This document shows, piece after piece, positions 23,594-35,964 of a DNA stretch of 64,000 nt. A program made the translations under genes and the position numbers. This DNA is from Eledone cirrhosa. Taxonomy: Eukaryota. The notes below the pieces were generated by a model, which ran no database searches, was not told the DNA's origin, and saw nothing but the letters and a program-made list of their open reading frames with translations. Position 1 is the stretch's first letter; every line of letters begins with the position of its first letter. The stretch covers positions 285,510,001 to 285,574,000 of the forward strand of contig OZ024740.1 in NCBI GenBank assembly GCA_964016885.1, read 5' to 3'.

Positions 23594-25860
23594 ATGACCT
23601 CACTCAGAATAGGCAGCATAAATACGCGTGGCCTAGGGTGGTCATGGAAGCAGGGCCACCTGCTCAACGACCTCAGGTCACTAAACATTGATGTGGTGGC
23701 CATTAGCGAGGCCAGAATCTCCGAAGCACGAGCCTTCGCAGCGATCTTCGGCGGCTACGATGTGTACGCATCTCCCAGCCGTCCTGGATCGGAGGGAGGA
23801 GTTTCTGTGCTTTTTCGGAGAAGTTTAGACCTCGCCATACGGGCCATCTTCCTGGACCCAGAAGGTAAGTTGGTGGTGCTGGACGTGACCAACGGAGACG
23901 GGCAAGCTTTCAGGCTAGAGGCCGTCTATGCCACGACAGGAGCAGGGCGGCCTGATTTCTTCCGGCGCCTGGAGACCTTTCTTGGAACGTCCCACTCTTT
24001 AGTGTTAGTGGGCGACTGGAACGGGATCTTAGATGCACGCTGGGATTGTGTGGGATTAGTGGATAGGGGAGGAGGGTGTACAAGCCTCGCAAACCTGCTC
24101 AGACGGTTTCAACTGTCTGACAGGTACCGTCTGGATTTCCCGAATGTGCCAATGTGGACATGGACAAACTGCATCGGGTCATCCAGATCATATCTAGATA
24201 GGGTATTTTGTAAGGAAATAGATAGGTCTAGCATAGGCTGTCCACATTTCAAAATAGTCGACTACACGGACCACAAATTTGTGATCTGTGAGGTTGACTT
24301 AGATAGGCTACATAGACAGGGACCCGGATACTGGAAGCTAAACGCGTCATTAACAGCGAGCAAGGTCTACAGAGACCGGATTAGCGAACTAGTTAAGCGG
24401 GCGTTGACGGGGGCCATCGTCAACAACAAATGGTGGTTTGCTCTCAAAAGAGCGATTAGAATAGTCCTTTAGGTTTAGTAAGGCTTTAGCAATAGAGAAA
24501 AATAGAGCAGAGGGAGAACTAGTTAGAAAATTAGACGAGGCGCTTAGTAAAGGCATCGCGACCGACGTACTTGCGGCGAAATTGACCCTTGACTAATTCT
24601 TCAATGCAAAGCACGAAGACTGCGTTGTCAGAGCTAGGGTGCGTGCTCTCAGACACGAGGGGACGAAAGCCGTTCAATGGGCCCGAGTGGCGGAGGCGCG
24701 TCGTGGCAAATCCACGATCCGGTCTTTGGTGGACCACGACAGGCGCATGTTACTCGATCCCGGGCAAATGTGTGAAGCTTTTCAGCGACACTTCGCTCAG
24801 CTGTTCGGGAGCAGCGGCAAGCCGGATCGAGGGATGGACTTTAGTGCCTACCTCGACAGACTGCTGCGCCTCTCGGCCACTGAGGCGGAGCGTTGCGAAA
24901 AGCCGATAACAGCCGCTGAATTATGGGAGGCAATGACTGGCTGCACAAGGGGTAAATCGCCTGGTTTGGATGGTCTGCCCTATGAACTTTACGTACATAT
25001 ACCAGACTTGTTAGGAGGCCTCTTGGCGGACGTCTACTGCAACTGGCAATAGAACGGGAGAATTCCCAGCCCTGTGAGCCGAGGAGCGGTGGCGCTGCTG
25101 AGAATGGATCCGAACAAGGGGGCTAACATAGATAATTTCAGGCCCATAACTCTGCTAAACACAGAATTCAAGATTTTAGCCAAGGTGCTAGCAAAGAGGT
25201 TGGCGCTTGTCGTTGGTGGTCTGGTGGGAGAGGCGCAAACATACGCCATTCCAGACAGATCCATCCACGACAACCTCCACCTCATGCGATACATCGTGGA
25301 GAGGGTAGCTAGGGAACCTGGCATAGCTAGGTCCTTGATCAATTTAGATCAGTCGAAAGCTTTCGATAGAGTCGACCATCGTTATCTGGCGGCAGTCCTA
25401 AGAGCAGCTGGCTTTGGGCCTGTCTTCAGAGGCTGGATTGCTGCCATGCACAGCGACATCTGCTCTATGGTGAGAGTGACCGGTCACCTTTCGGAACCGT
25501 TCAACATCATGCGCTCGGTCCGCCAAGGATGTCCCTCACGTCCCTGTTGTACGTATTGACTCTCGAGCCATTACTGCACAAACTGGAGACGTTGAGCGGG
25601 GTCCCGCGCGAACTAGGATGCGGAAGATCCGTGTCAGCATATGCGGACGATGTCACCGTAGTGGTGTCGAACGCCAAACAAATCGAGGCGATCGGCACCA
25701 CACTAAGAGAATACGAAGCGGTGACAGGAGCAATGATCAACCAGGAAAAGTCGGTGGGCCTGCAGCTCGGCACCTGGAGAGGCAGGTCCATGCCGTCCAA
25801 CAGCGTCGTCAGGCGCTGGACAGACGAACCGGTTAAATTGCTAGGGGTCTGGTTCGGTCC
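23594..25860 (+). mobile_element. L1/Tx1-clade LINE ORF2 pseudogene (APE + RT), 3'-truncated
   Basis: GSINTRGL, VGDWN, YLDRVF, TDHK, PGYWKLN, KSPGLDGLP, FRPITLLN, DQSKAFDRV, VRQGCP and AYADDV, with several stops and frameshifts. Confidence 0.9.
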
Positions 25861-25987
25861 TGCTTGTGTGTTGTATTTAGTCCTAGATGTATGTATTACC
25901 TGCTTATGTATTGCATGTGGTCCTAGCTGTATATATTACCTGCTTGTGTGTTGTATTACATTCCTTGCTCTAATAGACATTATATTA

Positions 25988-26200
25988 AATCGATGAACAT
26001 AAGTTCTGTGAAATCGTAGACGAGAGAGAATAAAGACCATCAAACCTGGTCGAAATGTGAGTAAGGAAAGAATTTCGCACAGGTCAAACGGGAGGAAGAA
26101 GGAGTCAAGTCCCTGAAATCGATGAACATAAGTTCTGTGAAATCGTAGACGAGAGAGAATAAAGACCATCCGACCTGGTCAAAGTGTGCGTGAGGAAAGA
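25988..26200 (-). repeat. Fragments of the satellite unit
   Basis: Reverse complement of TCTCTCGTCTACGATTTCACAGAACTTATGTTCATCGATTT, present twice. Confidence 0.8.
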
Positions 26201-26263
26201 ATATATATATATATATATATACAATGATATTAAATAAATGGAAACTATATATATATATATATA

Positions 26264-27169
26264 TCTATATATATAAAACTGTGGTTGTCTGTCTGTCTAT
26301 CGATTTTTGGCACACATCTCCTCTTAGAATCTCTGACGGAATTGCACCGAAATTGCTATACTTGTACATTGAGCCCTAGCGAAGACATCGGAAAAAAATA
26401 TTTCAAATTGACCCACCCTATGTGACGAAATCGAATATAATGTATCGATTTTTGAGCGTAAGTTATCAGTTATTTCCCTTTGTTCTGTTTACATTGAGCG
26501 TCTTACGTAAAAAATTACGCTGGCTTTCTCAGCGTTTAAAATGACATTAACACAATACACGAACATTCGAACACTAAGCTTCCGTTTTGCTTCATTTCCA
26601 TTTAAAAGCATTTTAAAACAATATTTTTACTTGAAAACAAGTCTATTTAAAGACTACGTAAAACAAGCAAATATTTCGTCGTTAGGCGTGCAGACAGACA
26701 GTCGTGCAGACAGACAGTCGTGCAGAGAGGTGATATACGCGTGCAGACAGATAGTCGTGCAGAGAGGTGATATAGGCGTGCAGACAGATAGTCGTGCAGA
26801 GAGGTGATATAGGCGTGCAGACAGACAGTCGTGCAGAGAGGTGATATAGGCGTGCAGACAGACATAACTGATAATTTGGTTACGCTAATGTTTTTCTCTG
26901 CGTTGCAGTGTTTACATTTTCGATCTTTGTTAATAAATAACCAGTGCAGTTTTTATCCCCAGCATCCTCTTTTGTTATAACATTCGGGTTATCGTTATGT
27001 TTTCTTAACTTCATAAGGCATATTGTTGGTTGAGGGAATATTAATCAAAAACACCACATGCAAGTCTGCACAGTAGACACTACAGTTTTTAAGCCAAAAA
27101 AGAAACTTAACATTGTAACTTTAACACAGCTACTGAGCGACCCCGAGCAACGCCGGGCTTTACTGCTAG
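26264..27169 (+). mobile_element. Non-autonomous Helitron with an internal minisatellite (~26685-26865)
   Basis: A|TCTATATATATAAAA 5' end. The 3' hairpin CCCGaGcaacgCCGGG is followed by CTAG|T. Internal GTGCAGACAGAyAGTC/GTGCAGAGAGGTGATATAGGC repeats. Confidence 0.8.
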
Positions 27170-27179
27170 TATATATATA

Positions 27180-29110
27180 TAGTTATACTTGGGGAGGGTC
27201 ATGTTGTTGTAATAATATTGCCAGAATTAATAACAGAACACACTCACTGTTTGATTGGTTTTCGCTTCTGTATCTTTTATATCAGTTAATTTACACAGAG
27301 ATTCCAACAAGCATGTGATCAAACAGAGCAATGCAAATACAGAATATCAGTTATCTCCTACTATTTTTACTGTTGGATGAGGACATTGAGATTCAATAAC
27401 AAGTAGTCTTATTAGTTGAAACAGTTGAAAGTTCAGCGTAACGGATGTTAGTCCTTCATCATGAGTAGGAGAAACCAGAAAGAGGGGTTTCAGAGGTTAG
27501 AAGAAGATAAAGAAGTGTGTGTGGGGGGGGGGGGGTGTCATGTGAGTGTGTGTATGTTGTATTTAATTCTACTTTGTGTGTGTGTTGTTGGAGTGGTGTA
27601 TACATTGTTCGTGATGTCTTGTATATGTGTCTTGGTGTATTAGGATTGTAAACATTGTACATGTGCATGATTTGTTTGTGTGTATCAAATATAAATAAAA
27701 ATATTTTTACAAACGTTGATGTTTAGTGAAAAAATAAAACTTAACTCCAAAATGTATAACAGCAGAAGTTAAAATAAACATGATAATGACAGTTACATCC
27801 GTCTTAGCAACGCAATAATATGTTTACGTGTGAGGTATTTCCGTGTGAGGTATTTCCGTGTGGTGAAGGGGTGGTGCATATGTGTCGTTGTGCACGTGGA
27901 TGTGGGGTGCGGCGGAGAGCAGATTAGAGGAAGAGGGGCGATGCATTTAGGTTATAGACGGCAGAGGTTTGCAGAAAAAATATAAGCTGCTTTTCCGAGT
28001 CCGGGGGTCCCGGTGCATGAGGGCGAAGACTGAGGTAGCGTGTAGTGGGGCCGGTGGAACTGAAATGTCGGGCGACCGGAGATGTGTGGGCAACTCGGAT
28101 GCCTCGAATCTGTCGGCTAGTCCAGTGCTTCTCAAACTAGATGTGGCGGACCGACATTTTTTTTTTCAATGTGCCAAGTACCGCTAATATTTCGTAGTAA
28201 TATTAATTTATACCGGAAACGATATATATAATGAATATAATAATAGTTGACCATTTTTTTTATCTTCTATTTATTTTGTAAACAAATAATTGTTTCTACT
28301 TTAGGCACAAGGCCAGCAATTACCCAGTGCATTACTGGTACTTTATTTTATCGACCCCGTAAGGATGAAAGGCAAAGTAAACCTCGGTGGGATTTGAACT
28401 CAGACCGTAAAGGGACGTAACTATGCTGGAAAGCATGGCGTCCGACTCTCTACCGATACTGCCAATCCTAAACAAATAATTGTTTCTACTTTAGGCACAA
28501 GGCCAGCAAATACCCAGTGCATTACTGGTACTTTATTTTATCGACCCCGTAAGGATGAAAGGCAAAGTCAAAATAATGCAGTTGAGTCAATATCAAAACA
28601 TAAAATAAGTAATAAAAAAAATTCCTCAAATGATTCCTTAGCATGGCCTGGACACTGGCCGCGTACCGGTAGCTGATGGCTCGCGTACCGGCACCGGTCC
28701 GCGGACCACCACTTTGAGTAGCACTGGGCTAGTCGACGGCAAGTATGGCCAGTGTAGACGGTCTCGCATTGCGTGAAACGGAGCCAATAGACGAGGTCCT
28801 GGAGATGCAGGTGAAGGGATCCCTAACATAAAAAATGGAACGGCCGTTGGGTTCGATGAAGGTAGTGGTGTGTGTGATGAAGCTGCATGTGTGGAAGCGA
28901 GGTTGGGAGCAAGGGTGGGAACCAAGAGAGGAGTTGGGGGGAGGAAAGGAACTGCCGGCGAGGAGGTTTCTAAGGTTGCCTGTGCGCTTAAAAGAAGGGA
29001 GGGAAAATAGGGTAAGTTGAGGGATGCGACTGGAGGCGACGAAAGAGACGGAGAATCGCCATCTGGATGGGGCAAGGGAGGTGGCTGGCGGCGTGGTGTG
29101 TGGGCAGTGG
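27180..29110 (-). mobile_element. Degenerate Penelope-like element 3' region (linker + GIY-YIG + terminal repeat)
   Basis: Frameshifted motifs SFKRTGNLRNLL, DPFTCIS, VYTGHTCRRLADRF (split by the hAT insertion), SPVARHFS and EKQLIFFLQT...NLN. A decayed hammerhead-like TGATGAAGGACTAACATCC lies at ~27443-27461. Confidence 0.65.
28123..28726. mobile_element. hAT (Charlie-like) MITE with nested SINEs
   Basis: TIRs CAGTGCTTCTCAAA / TTTGAGTAGCACTG and a perfect 8-bp TSD GGCTAGTC. Confidence 0.92.
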
Positions 29111-29242
29111 TGCATACACACGCACGCACACACACATACACACTTATAGATACTGAGAAACATTATTGCCATATATTTTATGTGTAGTGATTAAACCTAA
29201 AATTAACTTAAATACATACTGTACTACACACACACACACACA

Positions 29243-29406
<164 letters not shown>

Positions 29407-29548
29407 ACCAAAGATTAATCTTTAAATTTAAGTTTATCATGTTATTATTTGTGGTATATAAATGTTGAGATTTGTTGTAATAAATCACTGCCAATACTGG
29501 AATTGAACCATCAAGACCGTTGAGGTATGTCATACATCAATTCATGTA

Positions 29549-29610
29549 TTTTATCTGACGAGGACGTACTGAAAACACAGCACAGTACCTCCGAAATATA
29601 TATAATAAAA
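29549..29610 (+). ncRNA. Type I hammerhead ribozyme motif
   Basis: TTTTAT-CTGACGA-GGAcGTACTG..CAGTACcTCC-GAAA-TATATATA-ATAAAA. Core boxes, stem II, a minimal palindromic stem III and a 6-bp stem I are present. Confidence 0.75.
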
Positions 29611-29654
29611 CATATATTTTGATTATGTGAAATATATATATATATATATATATA

Positions 29655-30050
29655 TATTTCGTTTCTGAATTTGTTTAGCAAGATTCTTTATATGAAAACG
29701 TGTGTTGAAACCGATATTGTTATACTTTGGGAGGGTCATGTTGCCAATAAGAAACACACGCACCAGTTGCTTTCACTTCAATTTATTATAATAAATTTAT
29801 AAATTTAGGAATTTATAAATTTCCGGTTGGTTGGTTGGTTGGTTCCACAACTAGATGATTGTTTATATATTGTCAAAGTTCTTTCGTCACACATTCTGTG
29901 ACCTCTTCAGTGACTGGGGATTCTTTTCTTTGTTTTTGTGCCTCTCCTTTGTCCTGTCCTACGCCATCTTGTTTTTGTTTATATATATTTGAGGAAGATC
30001 ATGTTGCCAACATTGCCAACAGAAAGAAACACACGCACTATATAATTTTC
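29655..30050 (-). mobile_element. PLE-type terminal repeat containing a hammerhead motif (~29872-29914)
   Basis: Minus strand reads GTCA-CTGAAGA-GGTCAC..GTGAC-GAAA-GAACTT-TGAC. Same family as 62449-63030. Confidence 0.75.
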
Positions 30051-30656
30051 ACTTAATCTTTATTGTTCGCTATTCCTACTTTAATCTTAAGGTCCATTTT
30101 ATCTAAAGCTCTTCTAAAACAATACACTAGTTCGCTTCTAGGGGTAGCATCGACGAACATAACACTCTGGTATTGTTGGCTGTCATACCATGAGTTGGCC
30201 TTCCCTATATTTTTCTCAGTCCTTTCTATGCTATTTCAGGATTTGCTTCTATATAGTGGGCAAATCGCATTCATATCATTCTCCATAATGGTTTTGAATT
30301 TAGCCATAGCTCCTTTGTACACCCGGATCCTGTTGCTTATGTTATAACCAGAGAACTTCATGCGGTGAATAAAGTACTGTGGTATTTCCGTGTGTGAAGG
30401 GATGGTGCATATGTGTCGTCGTTGAATCGCACATGCGGGACACATTTCTAATCACCCTTACCAGATCCACTATCAAGATATTGAACTGAGCACTATTTGA
30501 GATAGCTGAGTTCCGGTGGATCACGTATTAGGAGGCCATGGGTTTGGTATAATGTGAATGGAGGGTTTGGGCTTTATCATTCCTAGTTTCCATCCAGGGT
30601 AATCTATGGTCGGGGTGCCTAGTGGGGAGGTCTACTGTTACCTTAATGCTCTAGTG

Positions 30657-31015
30657 CAGTGCTACTCAAAGTGGTGGTCCGCGGACCAGTGCCGGTACGC
30701 GAGCCATCAGCTACCGGTACGCGAGCCTTCAGCTACTGGTACGCGGCCTTTCACACTAGTAAAGATTAAGGTTATATAATTTTTATTTTTATGTTAATAA
30801 ACTGGTTGTTATTTTTTTTATTACTTTTTTATGTTTTGATATTGTATTATTTGTTTACAAAATAAATAGAAGATAAAAAAATGGTCAACTATTATTATAT
30901 TCATTATATATATCGTTTCCGGTATAAATTAATATTACTATGAAATATTAGCGGTACGGGGCACATTGAAAAAAAAAATGCCGGCCCGCCACATCAGATA
31001 GTTTGAGAAGCACTG
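30657..31015. mobile_element. hAT MITE (same family as 28123-28726, opposite orientation)
   Basis: TIRs CAGTGCTACTCAAA / TTTGAGAAGCACTG. The 8-bp flanks CTCTAGTG / CTGTAGGA are degenerate. Confidence 0.85.
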
Positions 31016-31604
31016 CTGTAGGAGATGGAGTTAACTATTTGCTGGATGCCCTCTATGGTGGTCGATTCTAGTTCCGATTCATGGGTAATCTCTCGTTGAC
31101 AAGTTTTAACTACTATATTAATATCGTCGACACAGTGAGAGTACATGGCTTTGGAGTTCTTAGCTAAGCGTTCTTCGAGTCTCCTGTGCCACCACAGTAT
31201 GAACAGATTGACCACATCGCCAGCGACGTTGACACCAATGGCCGTTCCTTCTTCTTGAACGTATGTTTTGTTATTGAACTTTAACATATGGCCTGTGCGA
31301 TCATTCTTCTCACCTGGTCGTGGTTTCGGAAGTCCGTATGTCTTTGGTCCACCCACTCCATCTTTCCATAGGGATCTTTTTGCTCATGGTAGTCTTTTTA
31401 GCCATCGAGGTGATGGTAGGAGGTCTACCTCTTACTGGTCTACTGGAGCAGAAACAGTTAAGGTTGTATTCATGTAAATATTCTCCGTCACAGGTATGTC
31501 TGAGGAGGAGGCCCAGTTCCTCAATGTCAACTCCTCGGAATACCATGTCGCTCTCGCTGATCATCTTCACGCATTTCTCCACAGCAAAATCTACGTCGAT
31601 TGAT

Positions 31605-31628
31605 GGGTTAGGGTTAGGGTTAGGGTTA
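31605..31628 (+). repeat. Interstitial telomeric repeat (GGGTTA)4
   Basis: Four exact hexamers inside the PLE RT. Confidence 0.85.
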
Positions 31629-32736
31629 TTACGTTATTGCAGTTTCTCATGTCGTTGGTTTGGTTGTACATGTTGATTCTGCTGAGGAGGTCCTCTGTGA
31701 TGTCACACTCGTCTGGGGACATCTTGATTATGGGGCATATAATCATTGAGAAGAAGTATGAGATCCTGTAATTGCTGGCGATGTTTGCGCCGCAGACGGG
31801 TCTTCTTGGTGGTCCTGTCACAGGTGGTTATTTTATGATCCTTGCGGAGTCCATACAGCGCCGGGACATCATTATTTGAGACTTGGAAATTATTGATCAT
31901 GCACTTTTTTTGGTCCTAGGATGTCAGACCACATTATCATATGAGCGTTGAGGATTTTTTCTCTCTCATGTGCCTGCGGTGTTGTTTCATGTTGGTGATG
32001 TGGGATTGCATTGCCTGGATATAGTTTGGCAGGCTGTCTATTGACATTATGCCAGACATATTTGTGGGGAAACACACGATCTCTCAATTCCTTGTGCGTT
32101 GTATGAGTTTATGTAGGCCCTCTGTGAATTTATATATATACTCACTCAGATACATACATACATACATACATACATACATACATACATACATAATTATACA
32201 TCACACACACACATATATATATATATCAGATCTTGGGCTGTTCTTCCTTCTATAATAAAATTTACTACCTGTATCCAGTTACTAAGCTTTTGTTTCAATG
32301 ACTAAACATCTTAAAATATCACTTAAAGTACTCCCCCCTCTCTCTCCCTCTCTTTATAAGGTTTAAGGGAAGAGGAGGAGGAGAAATAAAGGGAGAGGTT
32401 TCTGTACTGATACTTTTTCTCTGCCTCGATTTCTAAGTCTCTCTATTTTTGCCTTTCAAACAGTTTCTTGGAAAACTGTAGGACGAACTCCAGTTGTAAG
32501 TGGGGGGGCTATGACTAAATCCTTAAACACGTATATTTTGTACTAATGTGGACGGAAATTGTAACCAGGAGATAATAATAACAATAACAATAATAATAAT
32601 TGTTTCTACTTTAGGGTCAAGGCTAGCAATTTGAAGGGGGGGGGGGTCGATTAAATCGACCCCAGTGCTCACCAGTACTTTATTTTATCGACCCCGTAAG
32701 GATGTTGTCCGACGCTCCACCGATACTGCCAACAAT

Positions 32737-34262
32737 AATTTCTTTATTAACCTCAAGGGCCAATATATAGGGGACATTACAAAACAGGAACAGTAGGGAT
32801 TTACATAGAAAGTGTATAACAATAAAAGAATAATAATCAAATTCCCACCTAGGGGTAACTTAGGAACTTTACAGATCATAAAACACCATAATCATCAAGA
32901 GCGCCATCGGAAGGTGCCCTTCTTCTCTCTAAACAAGTCAGCTTATAGGCGCATGGTCAGGGCAGTCCCATCCACTCGGGCCATTCTCGCTACATTCATC
33001 CACCTTTTAACAAATATACTGTGGGGAGGGGGAGGGGACACGTCCCTCTCCAACACCACCTTCCTTTCCAAGTGGAACTTGAAAAAGTTGATGAGGTCTC
33101 GGCCGAAGAGGAAAGTGTCTGTCTTTAGTCCTTTTAGCCCTGCCCACCACACAACCTCTTTCGCTACAGCCACCAGATAGAGGAAAATTGCCTGTTCTTC
33201 CCGACCAAAAGAAGGCGGTGGGGGCGATTTTCTTGATGGACTCGGTCGATTGCAGGATCCAGCCTACACGCGATAACAGCTGTTCGACATAACTCCACAA
33301 ATCAACAATACTCGAACATTGGATAAGTACGTGCAAGTACAGATCCGTCTGGCAGCACTTCCGTGTCTGTTGAGTTTATCTCGAACCGGCCAGTGCCCCT
33401 TGTAACACTGCCAAGCCAGAGATTTCTGGAAATTGTCCATAGTGCCCGACTCGAAAATTTTCCGGAACAGACTCGTTAGTTTCATTTCGTCAACGCCCAG
33501 AGTTTTCTGAGAATGTTGTGGCTCTTTCTCACCACTAGTCTATAGAACACTTGAGTGGAATTTCCACTTATCGTATTGTCGGCTGGTTGAGGGCTGTAAG
33601 TGCCTGGAAATATTTCAGTCAAATAGAGAAGCTGCGGAAAGACCTGTCTCACAAACGACGACCACACCTGTTCACTGTTTAGGAATATCTGGAAATGCCG
33701 TAGCCTCGGCGCACTTTTGTGCATGATCAGCCACGGCATACCCAGCCCCCGCATTAGGGAACTCTGGCAGCTGATTGACCGCATGGTCACTGGAGCATGT
33801 CCTTTCCACAAAATATTGAAGTACAGGCAGGCGCTCTATTTTGGTGAGGCGCAGATGTGGGCAAGGTACGGTAGTCGGGCTGTAATAGATGACGGCGGAG
33901 ATGCACGAGTTCGTCACCTCTGCCCGACAGTTCAGGGGTAGATTCCTCTCGACCCATTTCTGGATGAGAATGCCTACCCTGCTCGTTACCTCGTCCCAAT
34001 TCCTATCCACGTGGAGATCTGGGCCAAACCAGACCCCGAGTAGCTTCACTACTCCGTCCGTCCAGCGCCCGACGATGTTGTTGAACGACATGGATTTGCC
34101 TCCCCAGGTGTCGAGTTGCAAACCCACAAGACTTTTCCGGGTTGATCTTTGCTCCCGTCAACCTTTCACATTCCTCTAAGAAGTTACCGACCACCCTGAT
34201 TTCCGAAGTGTTCCACACTATCACGCTGACATCGTCCGCAAATGCCGACGCAGCCTTTCCAC
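32737..34262 (-). mobile_element. L1/Tx1 LINE 3' part (related to 23594-25860), degraded
   Basis: SAFADDV, GAKINPEKS, LLGVWFGP, LAWQCY..PVRDKL and HVLIQC. An AATAAA lies at the 3' end. Confidence 0.85.
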
Positions 34263-34593
34263 ATTAATATGAAGCATTGGGAGATACGTGGTTATGAATG
34301 TTGTAACAAAGCCAGTACAATGCCAAATAGCACCCTCTGTCACTAACACCACCCTTTTGAAAAAGGGGTTTTAACCTCGAAATAGCTAGAAATATGAAGT
34401 AAAAGTAAACTTGTTTTTTGTTTTGTTTTTCTTTCTTTACTCTGCTCTAGTTTTCACTCTTGGATTTCTAACTCGCGCTGTACCGGTTTTCCCCAAACAT
34501 TCATACTCACAATAATTATTATTTCTTTATTTTAAACTACACCTTTTTTAATCTACTTCTCACTGTTTCCTGGTTGACTTATCGAAATCCATG

Positions 34594-35380
34594 TACCGTA
34601 TTTCCCGGCGTGGAAGATGCTACTTTTCCCCCTAAAATAAGTCTAAAGAAATCTACCAAGTGTCCTGGAGGCCGAAGGTTGTTTATTATTTTTTTTTTCA
34701 AATTTTTGGTTGTCAAAATTAGGGTGCGTCCTCGTGGAAACTTGATTCACGAACGCCTCTCATCACGAACAAATTGGTTGACGTACATAAAACGACTGAC
34801 GAACGGTGTCTCGAGTAACGAACATGCATGCCGGCAACAACGGTTGGCGACAAGCTGGGAGTATAGGCGGGAAAGGGTCACTTTGTGTATTTAGTTACTA
34901 TGTTGACATCTATCTGTCTTTCACACACCGTCTCTCTCTCTCTCTCTCTCTCACTGTGTTTCTCAACATTTCGTATGAAAAAAATAGTTTCGGTATACGA
35001 CCATTTTGGATGACGACGGCCTTCAGGAACGAATTAAGTTTGTGAACCGAGGTTCCACTGTACATCTCTAAACTGTAGATTAAAAAAAATAGATTCATTT
35101 CTTTAGTGATATTTCCATTACTATTCTCGACGCTCACCGAATACAGTTACACTTTACTTTCATGGGGTCCCGAAAACGAAAAAAGCGCCTAGAATGCTTT
35201 AAAATCAATGAAACTCCGTTATAACGAAATTCACGGGGTATAAAAAAATTTCTTTGTAACGAAAAATTATTTATAACGAGATCGACCTAACACATCGAGC
35301 GTGTGGCCAGGGGTTGAAGAAAATTTCGTTATATCGAAAAATACATTATAATGGTATTCGTTATAACGGAATTTTACCTG
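34594..35380. mobile_element. Nested Tc1/pogo(Tigger)-like DNA transposon remnants
   Basis: TACCGTATTTCCCGGCGT start, GAACCGAGGTTCCACTG|TA end at 35060, and repeated TTCGTTATAACG motifs ending CCTG|TA at 35380. Confidence 0.5.
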
Positions 35381-35587
35381 TAATTGCTAATAGATAGATA
35401 CATCAACATAATCGTAATCTGCATTTTAGAAAATGTAACTGTAAAATTTCATAAAAGAATATATATATTAACGATGAAGTTCTGGTTAAACAAAGTCGGG
35501 GTGAGGTGGTGAAACTAAACTAGTTATAACCAGAGATAAGAAACAAGTTCAGGTGGTGCCATTTCAAAAATGACTTGCTTTGCATAT

Positions 35588-35628
35588 ATTTAGTTTATAT
35601 TTTTGTGGAAATATCACGCGTGCGCAAA

Positions 35629-35704
<76 letters not shown>

Positions 35705-35778
35705 CACACACACACACACACATACACACACATGTATTTGCGCGCGCGTGATATTTCCACAAAAATATAAACTAAATG
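35588..35778. repeat. Palindrome: ~45-bp unique arms plus an inner (TG)n/(CA)n
   Basis: ATTTAGTTTATATTTTTGTGGAAATATCACGCG... and ...CGCGTGATATTTCCACAAAAATATAAACTAAAT. Confidence 0.85.
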
Positions 35779-35802
35779 TAATATATTCTGTATATATAAT
35801 AT

Positions 35803-35883
<81 letters not shown>

Positions 35884-35964
35884 TTATATATTTATATATA
35901 TATATAAGTACTGAGTACTCAGAGTACTCAGTACTTAGGGTAGTAGAGTGGGTAATAGGAAAAT

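Larger units (their letters stand above)
30060..32120 (-). mobile_element. Penelope-like element RT pseudogene
   Basis: VPALYGLRKDHK, PPRRPVCGA, PSIDVD, YVQEEGTAIG, SHCVDDI (YVDD-derived), SGYNISNRIRV and MFVDATP, spread across frameshifts. Confidence 0.8.
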
